This document shows, in pieces, positions 18,211 to 25,861 of a stretch of 25,861 bases of DNA. The notes under the pieces are model-generated. The model was not told the origin of the DNA, ran no database searches, and saw only the letters and a program-made list of their open reading frames with translations. Origin of the DNA: Planctomycetota bacterium (GTDB lineage: Bacteria; Planctomycetota; Phycisphaerae; Phycisphaerales; SM1A02); the NCBI GenBank assembly GCA_009924765.1, contig RFQW01000001.1, forward strand, positions 1-25,861. Reading direction: 5' to 3'. The translations under genes and the position numbers were made by a program. Position 1 is the first letter of the stretch; each line of letters starts with the position of its first letter.

Positions 18211-19022
18211 GCCTTGCCTCCGACCACATCGGGCAGTTCATCGAGCGCGGCGGTGAACACCTCGCAGCCATCCTCGGTCACCATCACGTCGGCCTCGTAG
18301 TGCACGCTCAGGCTGCCGTCGGCGGTCCAGATGGGCCACGCGTTGCCCTTGGAGCGGATCTCGGTGGTGCCGGCGCTGATCATGGGCTCGACCGCGATCA
18401 GCATGCCCTTCTCGAAGGGCTTCCAGGCCTCGGTCCATTCGCCGGGATACGACGGTGGCGTGTTGGCGATGTACGGACTTTCATGCAGCGTGTGGCCGAT
18501 GCCATGCCCGCCGAGGCCGCGCACCAGATGGAAGCGGCAGTCGCGTTCCACATAACCCTGCACGGCCTTCGCCCACTCGATCATGGGTCGTCCCGCCTTG
18601 ATGGCCGCGATGCCGCGACGCAGACTTTCGCGGCCGCAGGCCTGCAGGCGCTTGCCCATCTCCGTGGCCGAGCCGATGGAGTAGGTCCATGCCGCGTCGC
18701 CGATCATGCCGCGGTGCTTCACGCCGATGTCCAGCGCCAGCAGATCACCTTCGGCCAGTGGCGTGGCGTCATGCTCGCCATGGACCACCATGTCGTTCAC
18801 GCTGAGGCAGGTGTGGCTGCGGAAGGGCGGGTGGCCTCGCACCTTGTAGCCGATGAAGGCGCTCTTGCACTTCAGTTCCTCGAAGATGGAGCCGCAGAAG
18901 GCGTCCACCTCGGCCAGCGTGCGACCCACGCGCAGCCAGCCCGCGAGTCGGCGGTGCGTCTCCACCACGCACATGGCGGCGGCGCGCGCATCCTCGATTT
19001 CCTTGGCGGTGCGAAGGATCAC
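18207..19022 (-). CDS. map: Type I methionine aminopeptidase
   Basis: Motifs CLSVNDMVVHG, LDIG, GDAAWT, GGHGIG, AVEPMI and HYE metal-ligand pattern. Confidence 0.9.
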   Translation of the reverse strand: MILRTAKEIEDARAAAMCVVETHRRLAGWLRVGRTLAEVDAFCGSIFEELKCKSAFIGYKVRGHPPFRSHTCLSVNDMVVHGEHDATPLAEGDLLALDIGVKHRGMIGDAAWTYSIGSATEMGKRLQACGRESLRRGIAAIKAGRPMIEWAKAVQGYVERDCRFHLVRGLGGHGIGHTLHESPYIANTPPSYPGEWTEAWKPFEKGMLIAVEPMISAGTTEIRSKGNAWPIWTADGSLSVHYEADVMVTEDGCEVFTAALDELPDVVGGKA

Positions 19023-19057
19023 GGCGCGATGGTATCGCGGCGCGGTGCGGCGAATGT

Positions 19058-20269
19058 TCAGGCCAGCACGCGACCGCCTAGCACCACATGCGCCGGGGCC
19101 GGGCCACCGAAGCCGTGCACCAGACTGCGCTCGTCGCGCTCACCGAGCACGATCAGGTTCGCGCGCATGCCGGGCGCGATCGACCCCATCTGATCGCCCA
19201 GCCCCAGCGCATGCGCGGCGTTCGCTGTGGCCGCCACCAGTGCCTCGTGGCACGACAGTCCGCAATGCCGCACCGCCAGATGCATGGCGAACCGAAGATC
19301 CACGGTTGGCGCGCTGCCCGGATTGCAGTTGCTGCCGAGCGCCACGGCCGCGCCCGCATCGATGAGCGCGCGACCCGGCGCGTAGCGACCATCGAGCGCG
19401 TAGCCCGAGCAGGGCAGCAGCACGGCGATCGCGGCGCCGGCACCCACGCGCGCGATCGTGGCCTGACTCGAAGCCTCCAGATGATCGACGGTGCGCGCGC
19501 CTTCCTCGATGGCCATCGCCGCGCCGCCGAGATCGTTGAACTGATCCGTGTGCAGACGCGCCGGCACGCCCGCCGCCCGCGCCGCGCGCAGCACCGCACG
19601 CGCCTGCTCCACGCTGAAGGCGTTCTTCTCGCAGAAGGCATCCACCGCCGCATCCGGAAAGCGCCGCGCAAATTCGGGAATCACCTCGCGCACCAGTCGT
19701 TCGGGCCACGCCGCGTCTTCGGGTGGAATGGCGTGCCCGCCCAGGAACGTGCGCCGCACCGTGATGGGCGAATCGCTCGCCGCCATCTCGATCGCCTGCA
19801 GCATGCGCGATTCACTCGCTGGCTCGAGTCCGTAGCCCGACTTCGCCTCGGTGGCGCCGATGCCCAGTCGCGCCATCGCGTGCAGACGTTCGCGCACGCC
19901 GGCGGCCAGTTCCATTTCGCTTGCCGCGCGCGTGGCGCGCACCGTGCTCAGGATGCCGCCGCCCGCCGCAAGGATGTCGCTGTACGGAACGCCCGCACGC
20001 ACCTGTTCCCATTCGCTCCAGCGATCGCCGCCCCAGCACAGGTGCGCATGCGCGTCCACCAGCGCCGGCATGCACACGCGACCTGCGGCGTCGATCACAT
20101 CGCCCTGCACATGTTCGGGCGCGCCCGCACCCACGCGCACGATGCGTTCCCCCTCGCATTGCACGAAACCGCGCTCGATCACGCCCACGTCGCGCATGGC
20201 CGCACCGCGCCGCGGACCGCCGCCGGTCATGGTGAGCACGCGAGCATTCAGCACGGTGAGCGCCGTCAT
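19058..20269 (-). CDS. hutI: Imidazolonepropionase-like amidohydrolase
   Basis: Motifs PALVDAHAH, GGGILSTVRATR, EAKSGYGL, DAFCE, HTDQF, DHLE and NPGS. Start at ATG 20269. The usual metal-ligand Asp reads Asn (GSNCNPG). Confidence 0.75.
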   Translation of the reverse strand: MTALTVLNARVLTMTGGGPRRGAAMRDVGVIERGFVQCEGERIVRVGAGAPEHVQGDVIDAAGRVCMPALVDAHAHLCWGGDRWSEWEQVRAGVPYSDILAAGGGILSTVRATRAASEMELAAGVRERLHAMARLGIGATEAKSGYGLEPASESRMLQAIEMAASDSPITVRRTFLGGHAIPPEDAAWPERLVREVIPEFARRFPDAAVDAFCEKNAFSVEQARAVLRAARAAGVPARLHTDQFNDLGGAAMAIEEGARTVDHLEASSQATIARVGAGAAIAVLLPCSGYALDGRYAPGRALIDAGAAVALGSNCNPGSAPTVDLRFAMHLAVRHCGLSCHEALVAATANAAHALGLGDQMGSIAPGMRANLIVLGERDERSLVHGFGGPAPAHVVLGGRVLA

Positions 20270-20306
20270 GCGGCGCAAGGTATCCGCTGCACTAGCATGC
20301 GCCTTC

Positions 20307-20939
20307 ATGCGCCTGATCATCGTGCGACACGCCCGGGCCAAGGATCGCGACGCGAAGAGCTGGCCCGACGACACGCAGCGCCCGCTCACCAAGGGCGGGC
20401 GTCGCGAATTCGCGCGATTGGCGGCGCGCGTGCCCAACTGGATCGAGCCACCCGCGGCGGTGCTGTCGAGCGGCTGGGTGCGCGCCTGGGACACCGCCGC
20501 GATCCTGTGCAACGAGACCGGCTGGCCCGATCCCATTCGTTGCCGCGCGCTGGAGACCGAGGGCGGCGCGTCGGCGGTGCAGGCGATCCTGCAGGAACTC
20601 CGGGCGCGCGCGGATCAGGCAAGTGTGGCGATCGTCGGTCACGAGCCCGTGCTGGGCGAACTGATCGGTCACCTGCTTGGTGGCGATGCCCTGGTGGCCG
20701 TGGCCAAGGGTGCCGTGGCGGTGCTGGACATGCACCCGGACGAGGGCCGTGGCACGCTGCTGGCGCTGGTTCCCCCGTGGCCGTGGCCAAGGGTGCCGTG
20801 GCGGTGCTGGACATGCACCCGGACGAGGGCCGTGGCACGCTGCTGGCGCTGGTTCCCCCTGAAGCCGTGCAGCGTCCGTGAGCGCGTCGCTGCGCTCGGG
20901 CGTGGTATAAGAACACCCCGCAAGGACCAACACCCATGA
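20307..20939 (+). CDS. sixA: SixA-like phosphohistidine phosphatase (histidine phosphatase superfamily), C-terminus altered by an 83-bp duplication
   Basis: Motifs LIIVRHA, RPLTKGG, SSGWVRAWDTA and VGHEP. Without the duplication the gene would end at TGA 20879-20881 (163 aa). Confidence 0.82.
   Translation: MRLIIVRHARAKDRDAKSWPDDTQRPLTKGGRREFARLAARVPNWIEPPAAVLSSGWVRAWDTAAILCNETGWPDPIRCRALETEGGASAVQAILQELRARADQASVAIVGHEPVLGELIGHLLGGDALVAVAKGAVAVLDMHPDEGRGTLLALVPPWPWPRVPWRCWTCTRTRAVARCWRWFPLKPCSVRERVAALGRGIRTPRKDQHP
20694..20859 (+). repeat. Exact 83-bp tandem duplication inside sixA
   Basis: 20694-20776 is identical to 20777-20859 (GTGGCCGTGGCCAAGGG...GGTTCCCCC). Confidence 0.93.
20903..20911 (+). 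promoter_or_regulatory. Possible extended -10 promoter (TGgTATAAG) for the STAS gene
   Basis: AT-rich hexamer with TG in a GC-rich background, 24 nt upstream of ATG 20936. AAGGA SD at 20921-20925. Confidence 0.35.
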
Positions 20940-21325
20940 CCAACGCACCCGCTGAACTCCCCGACGAGAAGACCACGCCCCTGATCGGCATCAAGTGGAA
21001 CGGCAGCGTGCTCATCCTGCGGCTGGTCGGTCCCAACATCGGTCAGCGCGAGAGCCCCATCCTCACCGAGGAGTTCACGCCCTACTTCAAGAAGCACGGC
21101 AAGGCGATCAAGCACATGGTGCTCGACCTGACCAGCGTGAACTTCATGAGCAGCATGGGCCTTGGCATGTGCATCGCGTGCCGCAACCTGGCCAACGCGC
21201 AGGGCGCCACCAGCATCCTGTTCGGCATGAACAAGGATCTGCAGGCCCTGATGGCCATGATGAAGATCGAGAAGATGTACAAGATCGCCAAGAACAACGA
21301 CGAGCTGCAGAAGCTCGTGCGCTGA
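20936..21325 (+). CDS. STAS-domain protein, anti-sigma-factor antagonist family
   Basis: 129 aa. Motif VLDLTSVNFMSSMGLG corresponds to the D/xSSGLG phospho-Ser motif. Confidence 0.85.
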   Translation: MTNAPAELPDEKTTPLIGIKWNGSVLILRLVGPNIGQRESPILTEEFTPYFKKHGKAIKHMVLDLTSVNFMSSMGLGMCIACRNLANAQGATSILFGMNKDLQALMAMMKIEKMYKIAKNNDELQKLVR

Positions 21326-21344
21326 GGCACCCCGGGCGCGCGCG

Positions 21345-21956
21345 TCAGCGCGTGGCGGGCTTCTTTGCAGGCAGATCGGTGGGGGCAACCACGCGTGTGG
21401 GTGCGGTGTAGATCACCACATCGGCGCGCTCACGATCGCCTTCCTGCAGGAATCGGGCAGCCGACGGCACCAGTGCCACGGTGGTGACGCTGGTGAACAG
21501 GCTGCGTGCGCGGATCGCGCGCGACACGGCCTGCAGCGAATCCGGTCCGGTGCTGCGAACCACCACGCGGCGGGGCTTCTGACTCCACGCATCGTGCACC
21601 AGATCGGCACATGCGTCGGCATCCTGGTCGCAGTCCACCACCACCACGGGCGGGAAGGACGACTGCACGTCGTCCACCAGCGCGTTGCGCGCCGCAACCG
21701 CGCCGGCGTCGCTGGCGGAACCATCCACCACGATCACGTCGGTGCGGCGCACCAGTCGCATGATGTCGGCCCACATCACCACGCGACCATTCACGCCGTC
21801 GAACATCACCAGATCGCGTGGTGGATATGGCGTGTCGGGCAGGGCGGTGGTGTACTGCATGGGGCTGCCCCACGGCTCGCCAAGCTGATCAGCGCCGGTG
21901 CAGGCGACAGGCAGGCAGGCAAGCAGGGTCAGGCACGCGGCGGTGGGACGAAGCAT
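21345..21956 (-). CDS. Hypothetical lipoprotein, weakly ChaN-like
   Basis: N-terminal LLACLPVAC lipobox-like signal. The segment VMFDGVNGRVVMWADIMRLVRRTDVIVV recalls the ChaN N-terminus (from memory). Start at ATG 21956 or GTG 21959. Confidence 0.6.
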   Translation of the reverse strand: MLRPTAACLTLLACLPVACTGADQLGEPWGSPMQYTTALPDTPYPPRDLVMFDGVNGRVVMWADIMRLVRRTDVIVVDGSASDAGAVAARNALVDDVQSSFPPVVVVDCDQDADACADLVHDAWSQKPRRVVVRSTGPDSLQAVSRAIRARSLFTSVTTVALVPSAARFLQEGDRERADVVIYTAPTRVVAPTDLPAKKPATR

Positions 21957-22074
21957 CACGGGAGCGTGGCGTGGATGGCGCTCGCGGTCAACCCAGGGCG
22001 TGCGAGAACGTTTTTTCGGGGCCGATTTGCATGTTCCTTCTGGTCTTTGGCCCCCGCCCGACTAGTTTGCAGGG

Positions 22075-23823
22075 GTGAAGATCCGCTCCACGATGGCTGT
22101 CGTCTGCGCACTCGCCACCATGCTGGGGGCGACCGCCCCGCCCGACGCACCCCTGGAGGCGCCGCTGGCGGGCGAAGTGGAGCCCGTCACGCGCTACGAC
22201 GACGAGGTGGTGATCCGTGTCACGCTTCGCAACGCGCAGGATCTGATGCTGATGACCCAGCTCAGCGACGATCCGTGGTCGCATGCGCCGGGCATCGGCG
22301 CTCCCAGCGACTGGCGCGTGCATCGCGCAGCGCTGCTCACGCTGCGCCGCGCCGGCGTGCCCTTCGAGATCTTCATCGCGGATGTGCAGTCGCTGGTGCA
22401 GGCCGAACGCGAGCGTGTGGCGCAGCCCGTGGAGGCGGCCGACTGGTTCGCCGACGTGAAGAACCTGGCCGCCATCAACGCGCGACTGGATGCGCTGGTG
22501 GCGCTTCGCCCCGACATCTGCAAGATCGTCACCGCCGGCACCAGCTACCAGGGTCGAAGCATCCGCGGCGTGCGCATCTCGCGCCATCCCGAGGGCACGC
22601 CGATTCCCGCCTTCGTGTTCACCGCCACGCAGCATGCGCGCGAATGGGCGACTCCGATGACGGCCATGTGGTACGCCGACCGCCTGGTGGAGGATGACGG
22701 CACCGACGCGCGCATCACGGCCATCGTGGATTCGAGCGAGGTGTACGTGTTTCCGGTGCTGAACCCCGATGGCTACGAGTACAGCTGGACCACCACGCGT
22801 CTGTGGCGCAAGAACCGTCGCCTGAACTCGGGCGGCAGCTACGGCGTGGACCTGAACCGCAACTGGGCCACGGGCTGGGGTGGCAGCGGTTCCAGCGGCA
22901 CGCAGAGCAGCGACACCTACCGCGGCACGGCGGCGTTCAGCGAGCCGGAATCCGCGGGTTTCCGCGACTTTCTGCTGCCCAAGACCAACATGGCCGGTCA
23001 CGTGGACATCCACAGCTACAGCCAGATCCTGATGTGGCCCTACAGCTACACCAGCACGCTGCCACCTGAATCGAGCAGCTACACGCGCGTGAGCACCGCC
23101 ATGGGCAACGCCATGAAGGCGGTGAACAACAAGACCTACACCGTGGGCAACAGCTGGGCCGTGTACGGCGCCACCGCGGGCTGCATCGAGGACTGGACCA
23201 GCACCACCACCGGCGGCATGGGCTACTGCGTGGAGGTGCGCGACACCGGCACCTACGGCTTCGTGATGCCGGCCAGCGAGGTGCTGCCGAACGCGCGCGA
23301 GAACTTCGCGGGCGCCGAGGTGATGATGGAGGAGCTGCTGAAGGCCTGCACCATCACGCTGGTGCAGGGGCCCTCCACCACGCTGGTGCCCAACACCGCC
23401 ACGCCCGTGAAGGTGACCGTGACCGCCAACGTTGGCTCGCTGCTCGCCAGCGGCGCCGTGCGCCTGAAGTGGAAGGTGGACGGTGGCGCCGCGCAGACCG
23501 CCAACATGACGCTGGCCAGCGGTCAGTGGAGCGCGTCGCTGCCGGCGACGGCATGCGGCAAGACGGTGACCTGGTGGGTGGAAGCCGAGACCAACTTCAC
23601 CGCCACGCGATGGCCGGCCAATTCGCCAGCCGTCGTGCGCACCTCCAGCACCGGTTCGTGCGCCATCGAGGGCGACCTGGATGGCGACGGCATCGTGGGT
23701 GCAGGTGACATCGCGATCGTGCTGCTCGACTTTGGCGACTGCACCAATTCGCCCTCCGATGTGGATGGCTCCGGCTGCGTGGATGCCGGCGACATCGCGT
23801 TCCTGCTGCTGCTCTATTCCTGA
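22075..23823 (+). CDS. Secreted M14 zinc carboxypeptidase with propeptide, Ig-like domain and C-terminal dockerin/EF-hand-like module
   Basis: Motifs QHAREW (His/Glu Zn ligands), WRKNR, GVDLNRNW, FSEPES, DIHSYSQ (third ligand) and VEVR (catalytic Glu). The tail has GDLDGDGIVGAGDI and DVDGSGCVDAGDI. Confidence 0.9.
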   Translation: MKIRSTMAVVCALATMLGATAPPDAPLEAPLAGEVEPVTRYDDEVVIRVTLRNAQDLMLMTQLSDDPWSHAPGIGAPSDWRVHRAALLTLRRAGVPFEIFIADVQSLVQAERERVAQPVEAADWFADVKNLAAINARLDALVALRPDICKIVTAGTSYQGRSIRGVRISRHPEGTPIPAFVFTATQHAREWATPMTAMWYADRLVEDDGTDARITAIVDSSEVYVFPVLNPDGYEYSWTTTRLWRKNRRLNSGGSYGVDLNRNWATGWGGSGSSGTQSSDTYRGTAAFSEPESAGFRDFLLPKTNMAGHVDIHSYSQILMWPYSYTSTLPPESSSYTRVSTAMGNAMKAVNNKTYTVGNSWAVYGATAGCIEDWTSTTTGGMGYCVEVRDTGTYGFVMPASEVLPNARENFAGAEVMMEELLKACTITLVQGPSTTLVPNTATPVKVTVTANVGSLLASGAVRLKWKVDGGAAQTANMTLASGQWSASLPATACGKTVTWWVEAETNFTATRWPANSPAVVRTSSTGSCAIEGDLDGDGIVGAGDIAIVLLDFGDCTNSPSDVDGSGCVDAGDIAFLLLLYS

Positions 23824-23965
23824 TTTCACCAGCGTTATTGCCCTGAATTCGGCCCCGCCGGCCGTTCTTGTCGATTTCTGTTTGGGTTTCGGGGAGTTGG
23901 GGGTACCTTCGCTCCACACGAGGGAACCGCCTCGTGACTCGAAACACCTGCATTGGAGCCGCTGG

Positions 23966-25861
23966 ATGAACCGCACATACGTCTTTCTTTCTGCAATCAT
24001 CTCCCTCGGCTTCATCGCCAGCGCATCGCGCGCGCAGAGCAACGTGGTGGGGTGGGGCCTTGTGCCTTCCGTCTCGCCCCCATCCATCGAGCGCGTGTCG
24101 CAGGTGGCATGCGGTGGATTCCACACCGTGCTGCTGCGCACCGACGGCGGCGTGGCATGCTTCGGCTACGGTCTGGACGGTCAGTGCGATGTGCCACCCA
24201 GCGCGCTGGGCGGCGTGACGCAGGTTGCGGCCGGATTCTCGTTCTCGATGGCGCTGAAGAACACCGGTGGCGTGCTGGCCTGGGGCAACAACTCGAGCGG
24301 GCAATGCGATGTGCCCACGAGCGCAGGCAGCGGAGTTGCTCGCATCGCGAGCAATGCGGTCGGTGCCTTCGCCCTTGCTCAGAAGCAGGATGGATCGCTG
24401 GTCGGCTGGGGTGACAGTGGCTTTGGCGTCACCACCATCCCCGCATCGGCGCAGGGAGCCACGCAGTTCGCGTGCGGCAACAATCACGCACTCGCGGTGA
24501 CACCGGACGGTCATGTGGTGGCGTGGGGCGAGAATGACGACTACTGGGGCCAGGCGCTTGGCAGCGACGCCAACGGCAATCCAATCGCGTGTGATGGAAG
24601 CGCCGCCACGGGACAGCAGGTGCAGGTGCTTGGCCAGACGCTGACGAATGTCGCGCAGGTGGCTGGCGGCATGAGCTTCTCGCTTGCGCTGCTCAACAAC
24701 GGTCTTGTGGTGGGGTGGGGCTCGCCCAATGCCGGTGCGGCCTATGTGCCAGCCGACCTTGCCGGCGTCACGGGGCTTGCCACGACGGCCAACAGCTGCC
24801 TCGCGCTCAAGAGCGACGGTCACGTGGTGGAGTGGGCGACCAATGGTCCGATCGAGGTGCCCGCGAATGTGCACAACGTGACGCAATTGGCGGCCGGCTA
24901 CGGTCATCGCATCGGGCTTGTCGAGGGCGGCGCGGCGATCGGGTGGGGCGACAATTTCGCCGGGCAGTGCAACACGCCTCCAAGCACCCTGGCGCCGTGC
25001 ACCGCGATCACCTCGGGTGAAACCCATGCGCTGGCGCTGATGCCCGGCGGAGAGGTGATCGGTTGGGGCAGCACGGGCAGCGGTGAGATCAACATCCCTG
25101 CCGCCGCGAAGCAGGGCGTGACCGCGATCGCCGCGGGCCGACGCTTCTCGGTGGCGGTGCGCGATGGTGGCGTGCTGCTGTGGGGCGAGAACTGGGGCGA
25201 CATGAACGTGCCGGCGAGTGCCCAGTCCGGCATCACCACGTTGGCTGCCAGCATCGGCTCGCCGCGATGCCTCGCGTTGAAGGGTGACGGCGTGATCGCG
25301 TGGGGCGCCAACTGGGGCGGTCAGTGCCTGGGCACCGACGCGAACGGCGATCCGGTGATCGAGCTGCACCCGGACTATGGCTTCCCGCTTCCGGCCACGG
25401 GTCAGTTTGTGCAGATCATGGGTCAACAGCTGCAGGGCATCACGCAGATCGCCTGCGGCGATTCGCATTCGCTTGCGGTCACCAGCGATGGCGCGGTGCG
25501 CACATGGGGTGATTCGCGGGGCGGCATCCTGGATGTGCCAGTGTCGGCGCAGTCCGGCGTGTCCAGGGTTGCGGGTGGAATGGGATTCACCGTGGCCGTG
25601 AAGGTCGATGGTTCGATGCTGGCATGGGGTGTGAACGAGAGTGGCGAGTGCAACATTCCACCATCGGCGCAGACTGGCGCGGTGGATGTCGCCTGTGGCT
25701 CGGGTCACTCGATCGCCCTGTTGGCGGATGGATCGATCGCGGCGTGGGGACAGAACTACAACGGCCAATGCGCGGTGTCGCCAGGTCGCTACGCGCATGT
25801 CGCGGCTGGAGCGAACTCCACCTACGCCATGCTGCTGCAGAATGCGGATCCCTGCGATGGT
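23966..25861 (+). CDS. Secreted RCC1/BLIP-II-like beta-propeller repeat protein (3'-truncated by window; absent from ORF track)
   Basis: Manual translation from ATG 23966 (GGAG SD) stays open for 632 codons to the window end. It has a signal-like MNRTYVFLSAIISLGFIASASRAQ and repeats of the type QVACGGFHTVLLRTDGGVACFG..GQCDVP. Confidence 0.88.
   Translation, partial: MNRTYVFLSAIISLGFIASASRAQSNVVGWGLVPSVSPPSIERVSQVACGGFHTVLLRTDGGVACFGYGLDGQCDVPPSALGGVTQVAAGFSFSMALKNTGGVLAWGNNSSGQCDVPTSAGSGVARIASNAVGAFALAQKQDGSLVGWGDSGFGVTTIPASAQGATQFACGNNHALAVTPDGHVVAWGENDDYWGQALGSDANGNPIACDGSAATGQQVQVLGQTLTNVAQVAGGMSFSLALLNNGLVVGWGSPNAGAAYVPADLAGVTGLATTANSCLALKSDGHVVEWATNGPIEVPANVHNVTQLAAGYGHRIGLVEGGAAIGWGDNFAGQCNTPPSTLAPCTAITSGETHALALMPGGEVIGWGSTGSGEINIPAAAKQGVTAIAAGRRFSVAVRDGGVLLWGENWGDMNVPASAQSGITTLAASIGSPRCLALKGDGVIAWGANWGGQCLGTDANGDPVIELHPDYGFPLPATGQFVQIMGQQLQGITQIACGDSHSLAVTSDGAVRTWGDSRGGILDVPVSAQSGVSRVAGGMGFTVAVKVDGSMLAWGVNESGECNIPPSAQTGAVDVACGSGHSIALLADGSIAAWGQNYNGQCAVSPGRYAHVAAGANSTYAMLLQNADPCDG

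Noticed and set aside
14810-18300. Plus-strand ORFs 14810-16867 and 16954-18300
   Set aside because: Antisense shadows of the POP and serA genes.
20694-20859. CRISPR array or minisatellite
   Set aside because: Only two adjacent 83-bp copies with no spacer, inside a coding sequence, and no cas genes.
23917-23936. 7-bp hairpin CACGAGG/CCTCGTG upstream of the RCC1 gene
   Set aside because: Too short, with no riboswitch consensus or U-tract, and expected by chance at this GC content.
21988-25798. 717-aa and 733-aa minus-strand ORFs
   Set aside because: Shadows of the M14 and RCC1 genes on the plus strand.

Overview
High-GC chromosomal housekeeping region, probably from a Phycisphaerae-like planctomycete. 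That assignment is inferred from the C-terminal dockerin/EF-hand-like 'GDLDGDG..' module and the secreted RCC1-repeat protein. Gene order: fbp (partial) > tricorn S41 protease > [inverted-repeat element] < prpD-family < B12-binding/MeaB fusion < membrane protein, a ~190-nt structured intergenic element (6S-like RNA candidate), < nrdJ < dcd, candidate NrdR boxes, uvrD/pcrA > < prolyl oligopeptidase [second inverted-repeat element] < serA < map < hutI-like, sixA > STAS > < lipoprotein, M14 carboxypeptidase > RCC1-repeat protein (partial; missing from the ORF track). No CRISPR, tRNA, rRNA, transposase or integrase was seen. The most notable signals are: a closed-stem intergenic RNA candidate; a REP/MITE-like inverted-repeat family with co-varying arms; a cobalamin-domain/MeaB fusion lacking a mutase barrel next to prpD; TANNNT boxes 6-9 nt before seven start codons (leaderless genes); and candidate NrdR boxes ahead of dcd-nrdJ. 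Four genes (nrdJ, uvrD, POP, sixA) have broken frames, most likely from assembly or sequencing errors. All calls come from motif reading by eye; no database searches were run.
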